Under the pieces are notes generated by a model, which saw nothing but the letters and a program-made list of their open reading frames with translations, searched no databases and was not told where the DNA came from. Both the position numbers and the translations under genes were made by a program. Shown piece by piece: positions 37,281-46,679 of a stretch of DNA of 64,000 nt; the stretch's first letter is position 1, and each line of letters begins with the position of its first letter. Source of the DNA: a virus; IMG/VR virus record IMGVR_UViG_3300035688_000002, positions 36,803 to 100,802 of that record; one strand, 5' to 3'.

Positions 37281-38449
37281 GTTGTTTCCTCTTTGATCGT
37301 TTCTTCCTCTTTTATTGTCTCTCCAATCCAGGATATCAAGCGAGCGTGTCGTGGTCGGCCCGTTTCGGCATGTTTTTTATAAATTCTCATTATCAATTTC
37401 TTGCCTACCCATGCAGGGTTTAACGACCCATCAGGCATGGAAAGCTCTCGCCGTCTCTTAAGAGTCATTGTCCCAACACCACCGATAATATTGCCTTTCT
37501 CGTCGCCAACATTGAGAGATCCTACAAGACCCTTCCATGCTCCATTACCATCAGATTTCTTTGAAATCACCTGACAAGTAAAATCCTCATAGCGTTTCAC
37601 TTTCAGCCACGCCATATCTCTCTTGAAGACATAGGAGCTTCCCTTCCTCTTGAGCATCACTCCCTCACCGCCTGTCTTAACGACATATTCATATTTTCCC
37701 TTTAAGTCTCTGTGCCATTGAGGGACAATATCAATCATGCTGTTGATCAGTTTGGAGCCAAGGCTTTTCCACCCTCTGATGAGTTTCTCAGCCAATGCCC
37801 TCCTCTCCTCAAGCTCCCATCCCTTTCCACACACTAAGGTAGTTAGGTTTCCGGGATAGGTAGTCCTAAATCCGTCATGGAGCCATCCAAAATGATAGTG
37901 TTTGATAATGTCAAAGACGACATATCTCACCCATCCGTCCCTCTTCTGAATTTCTATTGCCGTCTCTGGGGCTGACCCCGTAATGCTCATAGCCTTTAGC
38001 AGGTCGTTTCCAACCCACAGATTTCTGGTTCTGTCCCCAAGGCCAGCTACAACTCCCCCATCAAGAATGAGCCCATCCATGCCAGGACAATAGAGAGCTT
38101 GAAAATGAGGGAAATTCTCAGTACATTCGTGATAGAGCATGGTTTCTTTGTGCCTTCCTCTGCTTTGCAGCCTTATTTTTCCCTTCCAAAAGAACATCAG
38201 CATCCGAATTTCATCTATCTTTGGCTCAGCAACATATTCCCTCTGTCTCCCAAGATATTCAGCAGCTTCGTTAGAAACGTCATATCCACACATGGGATGA
38301 ATCTGAGGGAGATGCTCCGATTCATTTATGAAATGTGAGGCTATAAGGTCTTTGAGATTTTCAATAGACTGTCCCTTGAGGGAATCGGGAGTCTTGCTGT
38401 TATCGAGCTTACAGACCCTCTCTGCTAGCTCTCTCCATGTTTCTGGCAT
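37277..38449 (-). CDS. ATP-dependent DNA ligase with atypical motifs I and III
   Basis: EPKIDEIR, QSR, ILDGG, YVVFDII, GEGVMLK, Y..KR..WLKVK, C-terminal OB fold. Confidence 0.85.
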   Translation of the reverse strand: MPETWRELAERVCKLDNSKTPDSLKGQSIENLKDLIASHFINESEHLPQIHPMCGYDVSNEAAEYLGRQREYVAEPKIDEIRMLMFFWKGKIRLQSRGRHKETMLYHECTENFPHFQALYCPGMDGLILDGGVVAGLGDRTRNLWVGNDLLKAMSITGSAPETAIEIQKRDGWVRYVVFDIIKHYHFGWLHDGFRTTYPGNLTTLVCGKGWELEERRALAEKLIRGWKSLGSKLINSMIDIVPQWHRDLKGKYEYVVKTGGEGVMLKRKGSSYVFKRDMAWLKVKRYEDFTCQVISKKSDGNGAWKGLVGSLNVGDEKGNIIGGVGTMTLKRRRELSMPDGSLNPAWVGKKLIMRIYKKHAETGRPRHARLISWIGETIKEEETIKEETT

Positions 38450-38627
38450 TTATTCTCTCCCCTCAAGCCAATCAAAGAATTGCTCTGGAATTACCACCAA
38501 ACGGGCTTCCTCTCTGTCCATGTGAATTCCATAATGCCCTTTCTCCTCTTTGACAAAATCATCCAGGAATTTCTCAAATAAATCTCTAAGCTCTTTAGGT
38601 GTATGACTTCTGGGCATTTTATTCTCC

Positions 38628-38801
38628 TTAAAATTGACCATGATATTTCGTATCACCCAGAGTGTCTTTGTCTATCTCATAGATACACTCTCCAGAAGCT
38701 CTCTCACAATCTTCTGGATTTCCTGACTTTGGGCGGAAGGGACAAGTCTCTGGACACTCTTCGGGGTCTTTGGGACTAAAATCACCTGATCCTTTAAGCA
38801 T
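38628..38801 (-). CDS. Cys-rich microprotein (57 aa, not in ORF track)
   Basis: MLKGSGDFSPKDPEECPETCPF..DCERASGECIYE..; GAGGAGGAG RBS directly after a promoter motif. Confidence 0.6.
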   Translation of the reverse strand: MLKGSGDFSPKDPEECPETCPFRPKSGNPEDCERASGECIYEIDKDTLGDTKYHGQF

Positions 38802-38824
38802 CTTTCTCCTCCTCTATAGATATT

Positions 38825-38847
38825 ATTATCTCTGAGCCTTTCTCTTC
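38825..38847 (-). promoter_or_regulatory. Promoter-like motif GAAG-N13-GATAAT
   Basis: GAAG agaaaggctcaga GATAAT. Confidence 0.65.
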
Positions 38848-39497
38848 TCTGCGTCCCGTTGTTTTCTCTTTCGGTAGTACTTTGCCTGAAGACTGCGGAA
38901 GTGTTCCACATTGTCTTTCCGCCATTGTTTGGCCCGCTCTGAGATTTTCTTCCTGTTCTTCTGATAATATTTCTCAGCCCATTCCTTTCTATTAGCCTCA
39001 TAATTTGGGTCGTTGGCGTGCATCTTTTTGATTCTGGTTCTGCTTCTCTTCCACCAACTTTTTCGATACTCACGGCGTCTTTCTCTGTTTCTCTCAGCCC
39101 AATCTTTGTGCCACTCATAATATTTCTTCTTGTTTTTCTTATAGCGAAGCTTTTGTGCAGCTTTGGCAGCCGGCGTTTTGTTTCGATTCCTCTGATATTC
39201 CCTTACCCATTCCATGTTTTTCTTTCGCCAGTCTTCTGCTTTCTTTTTGCAGGCTTCTCTATGATTCTGATAAAAGAGCTTGTGTGAAGCCTTGCGTTGC
39301 TCTCTATATTCGGGATCGTCACGATACTGTCTCCTTCTTTCCGCTTTGATTTCCTCCCAATGTTTCTCTCTCCACTTTTTCTGTGTCTTAAAGCATTTGT
39401 CTTTGTGCAAGTGGTAATATCTCTTACCTGCAGCGAGTATCGTAGCCTTGTGTTCCAAATAATAGTCGTGGCTGTAAGGTCTCTTACTTCGTTTCAA
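38826..39497 (-). CDS. Highly basic repetitive helical protein (HNH N-terminal-like repeats, no nuclease domain)
   Basis: Repeated ..(Y/W)..(N/H).E.. units rich in K/R. Confidence 0.65.
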   Translation of the reverse strand: MKRSKRPYSHDYYLEHKATILAAGKRYYHLHKDKCFKTQKKWREKHWEEIKAERRRQYRDDPEYREQRKASHKLFYQNHREACKKKAEDWRKKNMEWVREYQRNRNKTPAAKAAQKLRYKKNKKKYYEWHKDWAERNRERRREYRKSWWKRSRTRIKKMHANDPNYEANRKEWAEKYYQKNRKKISERAKQWRKDNVEHFRSLQAKYYRKRKQRDAEKRKAQR

Positions 39498-39915
39498 TCT
39501 CTTGCCTCGCCAACTCTGTGCGCATCAGTATGATGACAGGCTTTCCATCTTTCATGGCGTATCTGGCAGTAGCCCATGTCCCTGAGCGCCTTACTTCATC
39601 ATTCTGGAAGGGAGCAACAATCAGAACGTCTGTCTCATCAACGATAGCCCGATTCCGAATAAGGTAAGGAGCCGGATTGTGAATAACATCCCCGGTGCAA
39701 AAAGCCCTGAAATTTTGCATCTCAGGAGGGTGAATGACAATTTTAGGATAACCCTCCGATGATATGGCTTTGACCAGCCTATGAGCGTCTAAATCTGCCC
39801 CAAGACAGTCACCATGGTGAAATTCAGACGGTTGCAGCCGCAGTAAAAGCGATCTAAGAACCAGTTTTTGATTGACAGACATCCCTTTCCGTGTGCCGCT
39901 AAAACCGATTTTCAT
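39484..39915 (-). CDS. SLOG-superfamily (DprA/YspA-like) protein
   Basis: IGFSGTR, HHGDCLGAD, RN..IVD..D.LI, SGTW.T.RYA. Confidence 0.82.
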   Translation of the reverse strand: MKIGFSGTRKGMSVNQKLVLRSLLLRLQPSEFHHGDCLGADLDAHRLVKAISSEGYPKIVIHPPEMQNFRAFCTGDVIHNPAPYLIRNRAIVDETDVLIVAPFQNDEVRRSGTWATARYAMKDGKPVIILMRTELARQEIETK

Positions 39916-39935
39916 TGTTTCCCTCCAATAAACAG

Positions 39936-39958
39936 ATTATCTAGGGCTCTATTTATTC
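39936..39958 (-). promoter_or_regulatory. Promoter-like motif GAAT-N13-GATAAT
   Basis: GAAT aaatagagcccta GATAAT CT. Confidence 0.65.
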
Positions 39959-40417
39959 ATTTCTCTTAAAATGCGGACAGATTGACACAGTATCTTCGCT
40001 GGGCAAAGCAACCCAAGGCCCCATCCAATTCCTAGGGCGATATTGACGTTGGCATTGTCCAATTCCTAGCGGATCATGACTCCGAATGAAAAAAGCGCAA
40101 TCCCCACAACGCACTCCTGGATTCTGTTCTCCTCCAAACGAAAGTGAAGGAGTGCCAACAACATGATAGCCATGTTTTGTCCGGGTTGCTATAGTTTTCC
40201 TTACCTCTTTTATCATCTCCTCTCGGACATTGAAAGTCATTGTGTTTGCATGATGAGATGAGATATCTCCCTCCCTGTAACGATAGGCTTCTAAAGACAT
40301 CCGCCCCCAGTGATATACCACGTCCCATGAGCCCATTCTGTAAGTGACTGAGATGTGATAGAATTTTCTATGGGGCGGAGTGGTATTCTCAAGTCTTACT
40401 TCTCCCATCCAGGACAT
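39953..40417 (-). CDS. WGR-domain protein with C-terminal Cys cluster
   Basis: KFYHISV..YHWGR..K..K.GY, then CGDC..C..C. Confidence 0.72.
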   Translation of the reverse strand: MSWMGEVRLENTTPPHRKFYHISVTYRMGSWDVVYHWGRMSLEAYRYREGDISSHHANTMTFNVREEMIKEVRKTIATRTKHGYHVVGTPSLSFGGEQNPGVRCGDCAFFIRSHDPLGIGQCQRQYRPRNWMGPWVALPSEDTVSICPHFKRNE

Positions 40418-40418
40418 T

Positions 40419-40727
40419 TTATCTCCTTGTGACTTTCATCCCTATCAGTTTTTCAAGATATTTGAACATCTTCTCTGACTCTTTACCCACTCTGACAGTC
40501 CACTTTTTAATTCTCCGTCTCGGCTTCTCTTCGGCACTGACTATCTCAAGCAAATTAAGGCCTGTTTCAGATGTGCCTGTGACAAAGAAACACCATTTAT
40601 AGCTGCCTGCAATCTTGTCCGGCTTGCCCAGGACTTTCATCAGCTTCGGATATGGAAGGACAAACTCACCCACATCCCTTACTTTGCCGTTTGTAGCTCT
40701 GGTTTTAACTCTGATTTTCTCGCACAT
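40419..40727 (-). CDS. Hypothetical protein
   Basis: ORF in the run. Confidence 0.55.
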   Translation of the reverse strand: MCEKIRVKTRATNGKVRDVGEFVLPYPKLMKVLGKPDKIAGSYKWCFFVTGTSETGLNLLEIVSAEEKPRRRIKKWTVRVGKESEKMFKYLEKLIGMKVTRR

Positions 40728-40734
40728 TCAAATC

Positions 40735-41166
40735 TCAATTCTCCCCCTCTCTCATTTTCTTACTCGCCTCAAGTAATTTTCTTGCAATTTCAACGACTTT
40801 GGCAGCTCCAAGCTTAGCACCTAGGGGCATCCCCTCATCTACTTGTTTCTGATTCATTTTTTCTTTCTCATAGGCTGTTATCAGAGCTCCTATCATGCCT
40901 TCTATCCACGGAGCTGCGGCATAACCCCAATGTTGACCAGACTGAGGCATAAAAGACCCCAAATCAGGGCATAAGTGAAACATTTCTCCTATGGTTCGTG
41001 CCATCCACAGAGCACCACTTGAAAAATCACCAAAAGCACTCTCCTCTGCTGTGCATACTGTAAAGGCTGTAACCATAGCTCTGAGCGTCTTGGCTAAAGA
41101 GGCTCCATCGCCCTCTGTTGCCTTAATCGCTGCCTCTATTAGTTCTTTCGCTGAGATTGTCTCCAT
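40735..41166 (-). CDS. Hypothetical protein
   Basis: ORF in the run. Confidence 0.6.
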   Translation of the reverse strand: METISAKELIEAAIKATEGDGASLAKTLRAMVTAFTVCTAEESAFGDFSSGALWMARTIGEMFHLCPDLGSFMPQSGQHWGYAAAPWIEGMIGALITAYEKEKMNQKQVDEGMPLGAKLGAAKVVEIARKLLEASKKMREGEN

Positions 41167-41365
41167 TTTTCATTCTCCTTTTATAGACATCCCAATCACG
41201 GATCTGTTTGTCCCTATAGATTCCTAAATGTCTGGGAGGATCTGCTATCCCTTCCCTTGAACAGTCTGGGCAAATCCTCTGTTGAGGAAGAATCTTAATG
41301 AAACCTGCACCACAGTATCGACAATATCCGATTATCACCCTATTTATCCCACTCACTTTCTTCAA
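41123..41365 (-). CDS. Zinc-ribbon protein
   Basis: CRYC ... CPDC. Confidence 0.55.
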   Translation of the reverse strand: MKKVSGINRVIIGYCRYCGAGFIKILPQQRICPDCSREGIADPPRHLGIYRDKQIRDWDVYKRRMKNGDNLSERTNRGSD

Positions 41366-41389
41366 TGCGAATTTCCATCTTCACTCTCC

Positions 41390-41977
41390 TTAAAGGGCCT
41401 CAACCGGGCCACTCACTGCGTCGAGAAATTCAAACAAAGCGTCTCTGAAAGTTCGATAAGCCTCGCCTTCTCTTTTATTCTTTGTAAAACCTACTGAGAC
41501 CAAAATTTCCTCGTGCAGTCTTTGTCGTTCAAGCTCCAAATCTAGGAGGTAATCAAGGGGCACAACAGAAGGCACTCCTGCGCGCATCGCGTCTCTTAAT
41601 CTTTTCACAACTTGCTCAGCGTATCGCTCTATGAGCTCATGCCTAACTCTTTTTCCACCGATTTTAATATACTGAGACTCGATGAATTCGAGATGCTCTT
41701 TGAGTCTCCTCTTAAATTCCACGTCCTCTTGCAGAGAAAATATCATGCCTTCCTTTGTCTTCACAATAGTGGCATCACCGTGTAGAATTTTCTCTTTTTG
41801 TTCCGCCCTGAGTCCAACGATACATGAAAGAACCCTCTTAGCCCATGCCTTTCGCCTCGGCTCGAACCAATAAGCCTGTTGCACAAGCCTAACGATGCCC
41901 TCCGGGCAAACTGTGAAATGCAATTTTAAGCTCTCTGTTGGATGTGGATGTGTTTCGACCATCTTCCTATCCCTCAA
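41390..41977 (-). CDS. Hypothetical protein
   Basis: ORF in the run. Confidence 0.6.
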   Translation of the reverse strand: MRDRKMVETHPHPTESLKLHFTVCPEGIVRLVQQAYWFEPRRKAWAKRVLSCIVGLRAEQKEKILHGDATIVKTKEGMIFSLQEDVEFKRRLKEHLEFIESQYIKIGGKRVRHELIERYAEQVVKRLRDAMRAGVPSVVPLDYLLDLELERQRLHEEILVSVGFTKNKREGEAYRTFRDALFEFLDAVSGPVEAL

Positions 41978-42668
41978 CCGTGTAAGCGATAGGCTTTGCT
42001 TCGGGCAGCGCAGGATTCTTGCTATCCTTGAAAGAGTAATAGCTAGTAGCGCTGACGATTATGAAATCCAGAAGAATGAATCCCATCATCTCTGCGCCTT
42101 TTGCCAAAGCAAAGCAGAACGTTTCATCGTTGGAAGAAGGACGGGGATCGGAAATTGAAGCCGGATGATTGTGGCAGACAGCAAATTTGTTAGAGCCTAT
42201 AAGCCAAGCCACCTTGAATATCTGTCTTGAATCAATTGCCACCATGTCCATGCAGCCACTGTAAATGTCATAGCCTATAGGTTTCTGAGAGTTGTCCATG
42301 AAAATGACAACTGCATGCTCTCTGTCCTTCTCTGCCAGCCTGCTTACGATACGGAAGAGATCAGAAGAATCTTTGACAGCCTCTCCCGTCCATTCAAATT
42401 GTCCATCTTCGACAAATCTGGTTTCAACTCTCCGAAGGAATTTCAGCTTTGAATCATCGTGCTTCTCGAAGCCTCCCTCAAAGGGGGATTTTTGCTTTTT
42501 CTCTGTCCATTGTTCTTTCGATGGCTTTAGAGAAATCCTCACGGGCTTCTTACAGTTTGAGCATTTAATTATCACAGCTTCTTTCTCCAGATACTCTGGA
42601 GACAGAATGAATGAGTCCTTGCTCCCGCAGGCACGACACTTGTAGTTAATCATTCTTCCTTTGTCCAT
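41967..42668 (-). CDS. Zinc ribbon fused to RadC-like JAB domain
   Basis: CRAC..CSNC; DREH, HNHP.S...PS.ND, LLDFIIV....YSF. Confidence 0.85.
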   Translation of the reverse strand: MDKGRMINYKCRACGSKDSFILSPEYLEKEAVIIKCSNCKKPVRISLKPSKEQWTEKKQKSPFEGGFEKHDDSKLKFLRRVETRFVEDGQFEWTGEAVKDSSDLFRIVSRLAEKDREHAVVIFMDNSQKPIGYDIYSGCMDMVAIDSRQIFKVAWLIGSNKFAVCHNHPASISDPRPSSNDETFCFALAKGAEMMGFILLDFIIVSATSYYSFKDSKNPALPEAKPIAYTVEG

Positions 42669-42918
42669 GACTTCTCCTTTTTTCTGAGTCTAAGACATGC
42701 ATAGAAACCCTCGCATCGGGTTTCAAAAGATTCATCCGCCTTACAAGCTCCTCCCAGCACATCTTTAACTGTTTACCGATTAGAATTCCCTTGACGGCGA
42801 ATCTTTTATCGCCATGCTTTGACATTGCCTCCAGTACGTCAATGTAATGATAGTGTAACTCCTGGAGCTTCTTATCTGGAAGCTTCACCAATTCTGCCAT
42901 TGTAGGTAGCTTTATCAT
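42646..42918 (-). CDS. Hypothetical protein
   Basis: Follows a promoter motif. Confidence 0.55.
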   Translation of the reverse strand: MIKLPTMAELVKLPDKKLQELHYHYIDVLEAMSKHGDKRFAVKGILIGKQLKMCWEELVRRMNLLKPDARVSMHVLDSEKRRSHGQRKND

Positions 42919-42959
42919 TTCTTTCTCATTCTCTCTCTCTCTCCTTCTCAGAATATAAA

Positions 42960-42982
42960 ATTATCACAGCGACTTAGACTTC
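42960..42982 (-). promoter_or_regulatory. Promoter-like motif GAAG-N13-GATAAT
   Basis: GAAG tctaagtcgctgt GATAAT TTTATA. Confidence 0.7.
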
Positions 42983-43618
42983 CTCAGTCTTCAGAGCCTC
43001 TATCACAATGTTTGCAGGTGAAAGAATGTTTATGTCTTGGAAGCAGGAGACTTTGCCAACACACTGATCCGCCAGCTTGAGGCACCAAAAGTCATAGGAT
43101 TTCATGCCTCTCTGTTGAAATAGCGAATATCTGGGCTGGCTGGATTCCCCTACACAACATGGAATCATAATGAGAGCTTTTGCCCTGCTCGAAGAGTTAT
43201 AGAGCTTGACAATCTGTGAAGCCAGCTCTTTACAGGGGTGGGACGAGATTAAGATGCTATCTTTTGCCGAAACTGCGTTGGTTCCTAGCACGATGTTTAG
43301 GATGTCTTGAGAGAAATACTCCCACCTTTGGATTGACGGCCACCCTGCCTTTTGGGCCTGCTCCTTTGTCCGTTTGTCAAGGGCGTAGCAGAATTTCACT
43401 GGCAGCGTGAACACAGACAGCACTCCTGCCAGACAGTTTCCAGCACAGAGGTCATAGACTGTGTATTTCATTGGCTCTTTGAGGGTAATAGCTCGCAGAC
43501 GCTGACGGATAGCCACAGCCTCTGTAATCTCCTTTTCGACATTGTTGAAAGGGGAAAGAGCGTTGAGGATGTCTCCCGCTGCTCTTAGACTAAGGAATTG
43601 CTTTACGTATGAGCTCAT
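42974..43618 (-). CDS. Class I SAM-dependent methyltransferase-like protein
   Basis: VYDLCAGN, ALD, DI, HPC..LA, PCC, SP.N. Confidence 0.75.
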   Translation of the reverse strand: MSSYVKQFLSLRAAGDILNALSPFNNVEKEITEAVAIRQRLRAITLKEPMKYTVYDLCAGNCLAGVLSVFTLPVKFCYALDKRTKEQAQKAGWPSIQRWEYFSQDILNIVLGTNAVSAKDSILISSHPCKELASQIVKLYNSSSRAKALIMIPCCVGESSQPRYSLFQQRGMKSYDFWCLKLADQCVGKVSCFQDINILSPANIVIEALKTEEV

Positions 43619-44273
43619 ATGCTCCTCCTTCTTTCGGAAGTTCTGGCGTTTGAGTCAGAAAAACCGAAAAATCTGTTAAAATTTCATAATTTGGCATCAG
43701 AAAATGACGGTCATTGACACAATAATCCCGTCTGTTGATTTTAATAGAGAAGCTGTTGTAACTCCTCCACTCTTTGCTGTAGAGTAGATTCTCATCAAAA
43801 ATCTCTGAGCCAAATTTATCCTCATTTATTGTTAGGCCGCTGTAGCCTCGATCGAGTAAAATTCTCTCAGCAAAAACCTCATACTGAGAGGCCATAATTG
43901 AACCAAAAACTCGTAGCTCCGGCGGCACCTTGGGAGCCTCTGATATGCCGTCATGCAGAGAAAGGACAATCTCCTTAAGGGTGCGAGCTAAAGGGAGATA
44001 TAGGAACGTTGGGTGCGAGGTGGTAAGATAGACATTTCCAGAAAACACTGTTACGCAGAACGCTATTTTGGGAGCAAGAAGTGGTGAAAGTAACGGCTCT
44101 CCCCCACTCAGCATGATTCCCTCATAGCCATGATTCTTGAGAGTTTGGAGCGGATGCATCAGAGCGTCAAGACTAAGTTCTTCTGGAAATCTTTCTGGAC
44201 TTAGGTTCTTATTCAGACAGAAACTACAGGAACGATCACATTTGAGTGTAACTATGAACTTACACAGCTTCAT
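43590..44273 (-). CDS. Radical SAM protein
   Basis: CDRSCSFC (CxxxCxxC), LSGGEPLL, LSLH. Confidence 0.9.
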   Translation of the reverse strand: MKLCKFIVTLKCDRSCSFCLNKNLSPERFPEELSLDALMHPLQTLKNHGYEGIMLSGGEPLLSPLLAPKIAFCVTVFSGNVYLTTSHPTFLYLPLARTLKEIVLSLHDGISEAPKVPPELRVFGSIMASQYEVFAERILLDRGYSGLTINEDKFGSEIFDENLLYSKEWRSYNSFSIKINRRDYCVNDRHFLMPNYEILTDFSVFLTQTPELPKEGGAYELIRKAIP

Positions 44274-44599
44274 TTATTATTCTCCCCTCTCATTCTCACA
44301 GCATCTTTAAATGAGCTAACTTCTCTTTCTGTAATGGGCTTGGTCTTTATCCTCGGACTCCACCCACACTCAGGACAGCAACAGTGATAAGTGTAATTGT
44401 CGGTGTTTGTATATTTAACTTCTCTAAATATCCCACACTTCTCGGGAGCGAGAGAATTGCAAAATTCCCCGTGTTCTGGACACTGAAAGATGAAATCTGC
44501 TCCACTTCCCCACCTCTCTGTCGTCTCATGGACATTCCCGCATCTCTCGCATTCAAAAGTCTTAACAGAGATTACTCGCTCAAACTCTCTTTTAATCAT
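44270..44599 (-). CDS. Multi-Cys zinc-binding protein
   Basis: CERC, CPEH..C..C, CCCPEC. Confidence 0.6.
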   Translation of the reverse strand: MIKREFERVISVKTFECERCGNVHETTERWGSGADFIFQCPEHGEFCNSLAPEKCGIFREVKYTNTDNYTYHCCCPECGWSPRIKTKPITEREVSSFKDAVRMRGENNK

Positions 44600-45030
44600 G
44601 CTGTCTCCTTTCTACAATGATTTTTGTGTTTTCATCCAAGAGAACCATCGCATAAATCTCTTTGCCACTTTATCATCGGGAACAGTTAGAGTATAACCTG
44701 GTTCACGCAAACTCTTCACACTAACTCCAAAACCTTTCTTATTCCTTTTGGCTCGGACCCATTTCAATCCACCAGCTAAAGCAATACTCTGCAATTCCCG
44801 ATAACATCGAATCTGATAACTGTCTGATTGAAAAGCATTCTTTGTTTTCACTATCTCCTTTCTTAAGGCCCTCCTACTTACTACCTCTCTAGTGCCGTTC
44901 TTAAACTGCACCGAGACGCTGTTTTTGCCTAAAACCGATAAGATTTTGCATCTGCGTCCCTTTAATTCTTTCCTCTTAGGATTGTTTGACCAAGAGTAAA
45001 TGTACCAAATTTGAGTCAAATTAATTCTCC

Positions 45031-45471
45031 TCACCATGATACGGTAAAGCACTCTTTTCCCTTATTCTCTTCTAAGAATTTTATTATCTCTGCCTCATAA
45101 GCCAAGTCATAGCCTGTCTCATTCTTGAGGGAAAAAGCTTTTCTGATTTTAGCGATAAGAAGGTCATCAATGACTCTAAATCCCTCGCCGATTATATTAT
45201 GGATACGCTCTATGAGTGGAGGAACGTAACGCTTTGGCTTGCCAGTAAGTGCAGCCTTTAACCATGATACTTCTCCTACCCAAACGCTCGTTGACTCTTC
45301 TATGTGTTTCCAATGCTGACAATCACACTGAGAGATATCTTTGTCCAGACACTTGTTTCCGCCCCTATCCATTCGGAAATACTTAGAACCGAGTGAGCAG
45401 GAAAAGAAGCACTCCAGGTCTCGCTCCGACATTTCTTCTGTTTTTATGTGAATGTGTAGGTCTGCTGACAT
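45031..45471 (-). CDS. Hypothetical protein
   Basis: MSADLHIH..WVGEVSWLKAAL..F.VSW. Confidence 0.65.
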   Translation of the reverse strand: MSADLHIHIKTEEMSERDLECFFSCSLGSKYFRMDRGGNKCLDKDISQCDCQHWKHIEESTSVWVGEVSWLKAALTGKPKRYVPPLIERIHNIIGEGFRVIDDLLIAKIRKAFSLKNETGYDLAYEAEIIKFLEENKGKECFTVSW

Positions 45472-45472
45472 T

Positions 45473-45640
45473 TTATTTCCCCCTTTTTTTAAATCTGCAA
45501 AAGGGCGCGATTTTATCTACCTCTGGTATTGTTATGCCCCAAGTTGGGTCATTTCTTATTGTACATTTATATCCATGTATATTACTCTTACAAAAAGGGC
45601 AATCTGCACATCTGCTTACTTTAATCTTAATTTCTACCAT
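45473..45640 (-). CDS. Cys-rich microprotein (55 aa, not in ORF track)
   Basis: MVEIKIKVSRCADCPFC..YKC..IAPFC; AAGGAG RBS. Confidence 0.6.
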   Translation of the reverse strand: MVEIKIKVSRCADCPFCKSNIHGYKCTIRNDPTWGITIPEVDKIAPFCRFKKRGK

Positions 45641-45858
45641 TTTATTTCTCCTTCCAGAGACGACTCTTTCTGGTTTTAACTACTGTAACAAAAGAAGAGT
45701 GCCCAATATGACCGATTCCTCCAAACCGCCCTTCTGAATCAGCCCCGAAATCATCACTCAAACGTCTCAGATAAGTTTTCAATGCCTCTTCTGCTTGCTT
45801 CCTAGAGTAGGGAGCATTGATAGACACATCCAATGTGATTTTTGCTTTGAATCTCATC

Positions 45859-46116
45859 TCAAACCTCCACACTTTTAAATGCTACTGATTTTATGTCTTT
45901 TACCCAGACATCACCTAACTCATAGCCTCTTGCTGATTGTTCCCGTGTTATTGGACTGCTGACAGCACAGAACCAACGTGCATATGGATTCTTTGACTCC
46001 CGTTCGGGAGTCTGATATTTCTTTAAGACCTTCCAAGTCCAGGTCCCATCAAAAGAGACCCAGACTTCATAAGGATTATCTATCGGTCTGGTTTTCGCAC
46101 AAAGGTTTTTGCTCAT
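45859..46116 (-). CDS. Conserved phage hypothetical protein
   Basis: W.WKVLKKYQ..NPYARWFCAV.SP..ELGD. Confidence 0.7.
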   Translation of the reverse strand: MSKNLCAKTRPIDNPYEVWVSFDGTWTWKVLKKYQTPERESKNPYARWFCAVSSPITREQSARGYELGDVWVKDIKSVAFKSVEV

Positions 46117-46172
46117 TTCTCTCTCCTGCTATCAGATTTTTATTGTATCAATCGCTCTCTTAACGAGTTCAC

Positions 46173-46547
46173 TCACAGCCTTATGACCTCTCCGGCTTTC
46201 TTAGCCAGCTCCTTCACTGTTGTGATTTCGCCACTCGAGGAAATGAGAACGTCGGTGTCATTTGTTCCCTTTCCAACATACAACATCATGCCTTTCTTAT
46301 CGCCTCCGTAGGATGTCCATGCCCCTTCTTCGTGCTGGGAGAAAATCGCTTGCAGGAAATTCTTTGTCTCCTCTCCGCTTTCAAGCACCAATGTTCCAGC
46401 AAGGCCCTTATTGACCCAAATTCTGACTTCAGTATGGGAGCCTTTCTCTGAGAGGCTGACATTAGAGATCGGATGCTTTAACCTATAGTAACTGTTGCTC
46501 ATTACTCTCTCCTTACTTAAAATAGGTGTGATGGCGAAAACCACCAA
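46173..46547 (-). CDS. Hypothetical protein
   Basis: Likely start MSNSYY after AAGGAG. Confidence 0.55.
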   Translation of the reverse strand: MVVFAITPILSKERVMSNSYYRLKHPISNVSLSEKGSHTEVRIWVNKGLAGTLVLESGEETKNFLQAIFSQHEEGAWTSYGGDKKGMMLYVGKGTNDTDVLISSSGEITTVKELAKKAGEVIRL

Positions 46548-46679
46548 AGATTTTTACATTCGAGGCGAGAATCCAACCTTTCTCTCCGTTGTGATGAAAG
46601 TAATACACAACTTTCCTTGCCTTTGTCTCACCCTTCTCAATCACTGCCTCGAATCCCTCGCCCGCATACTGCCCCAGGA

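Noticed and set aside
38672-39118. 148-aa minus-strand ORF
   Set aside because: It is an alternate frame overlapping 38826-39497 and the RBS-supported 38628-38801 ORF.
41967-42668. RadC-type JAB as the Ubl peptidase
   Set aside because: RadC-clade JABs are associated with nucleic-acid functions; it is about 39 kb away and a better candidate is coupled to the E1 gene.
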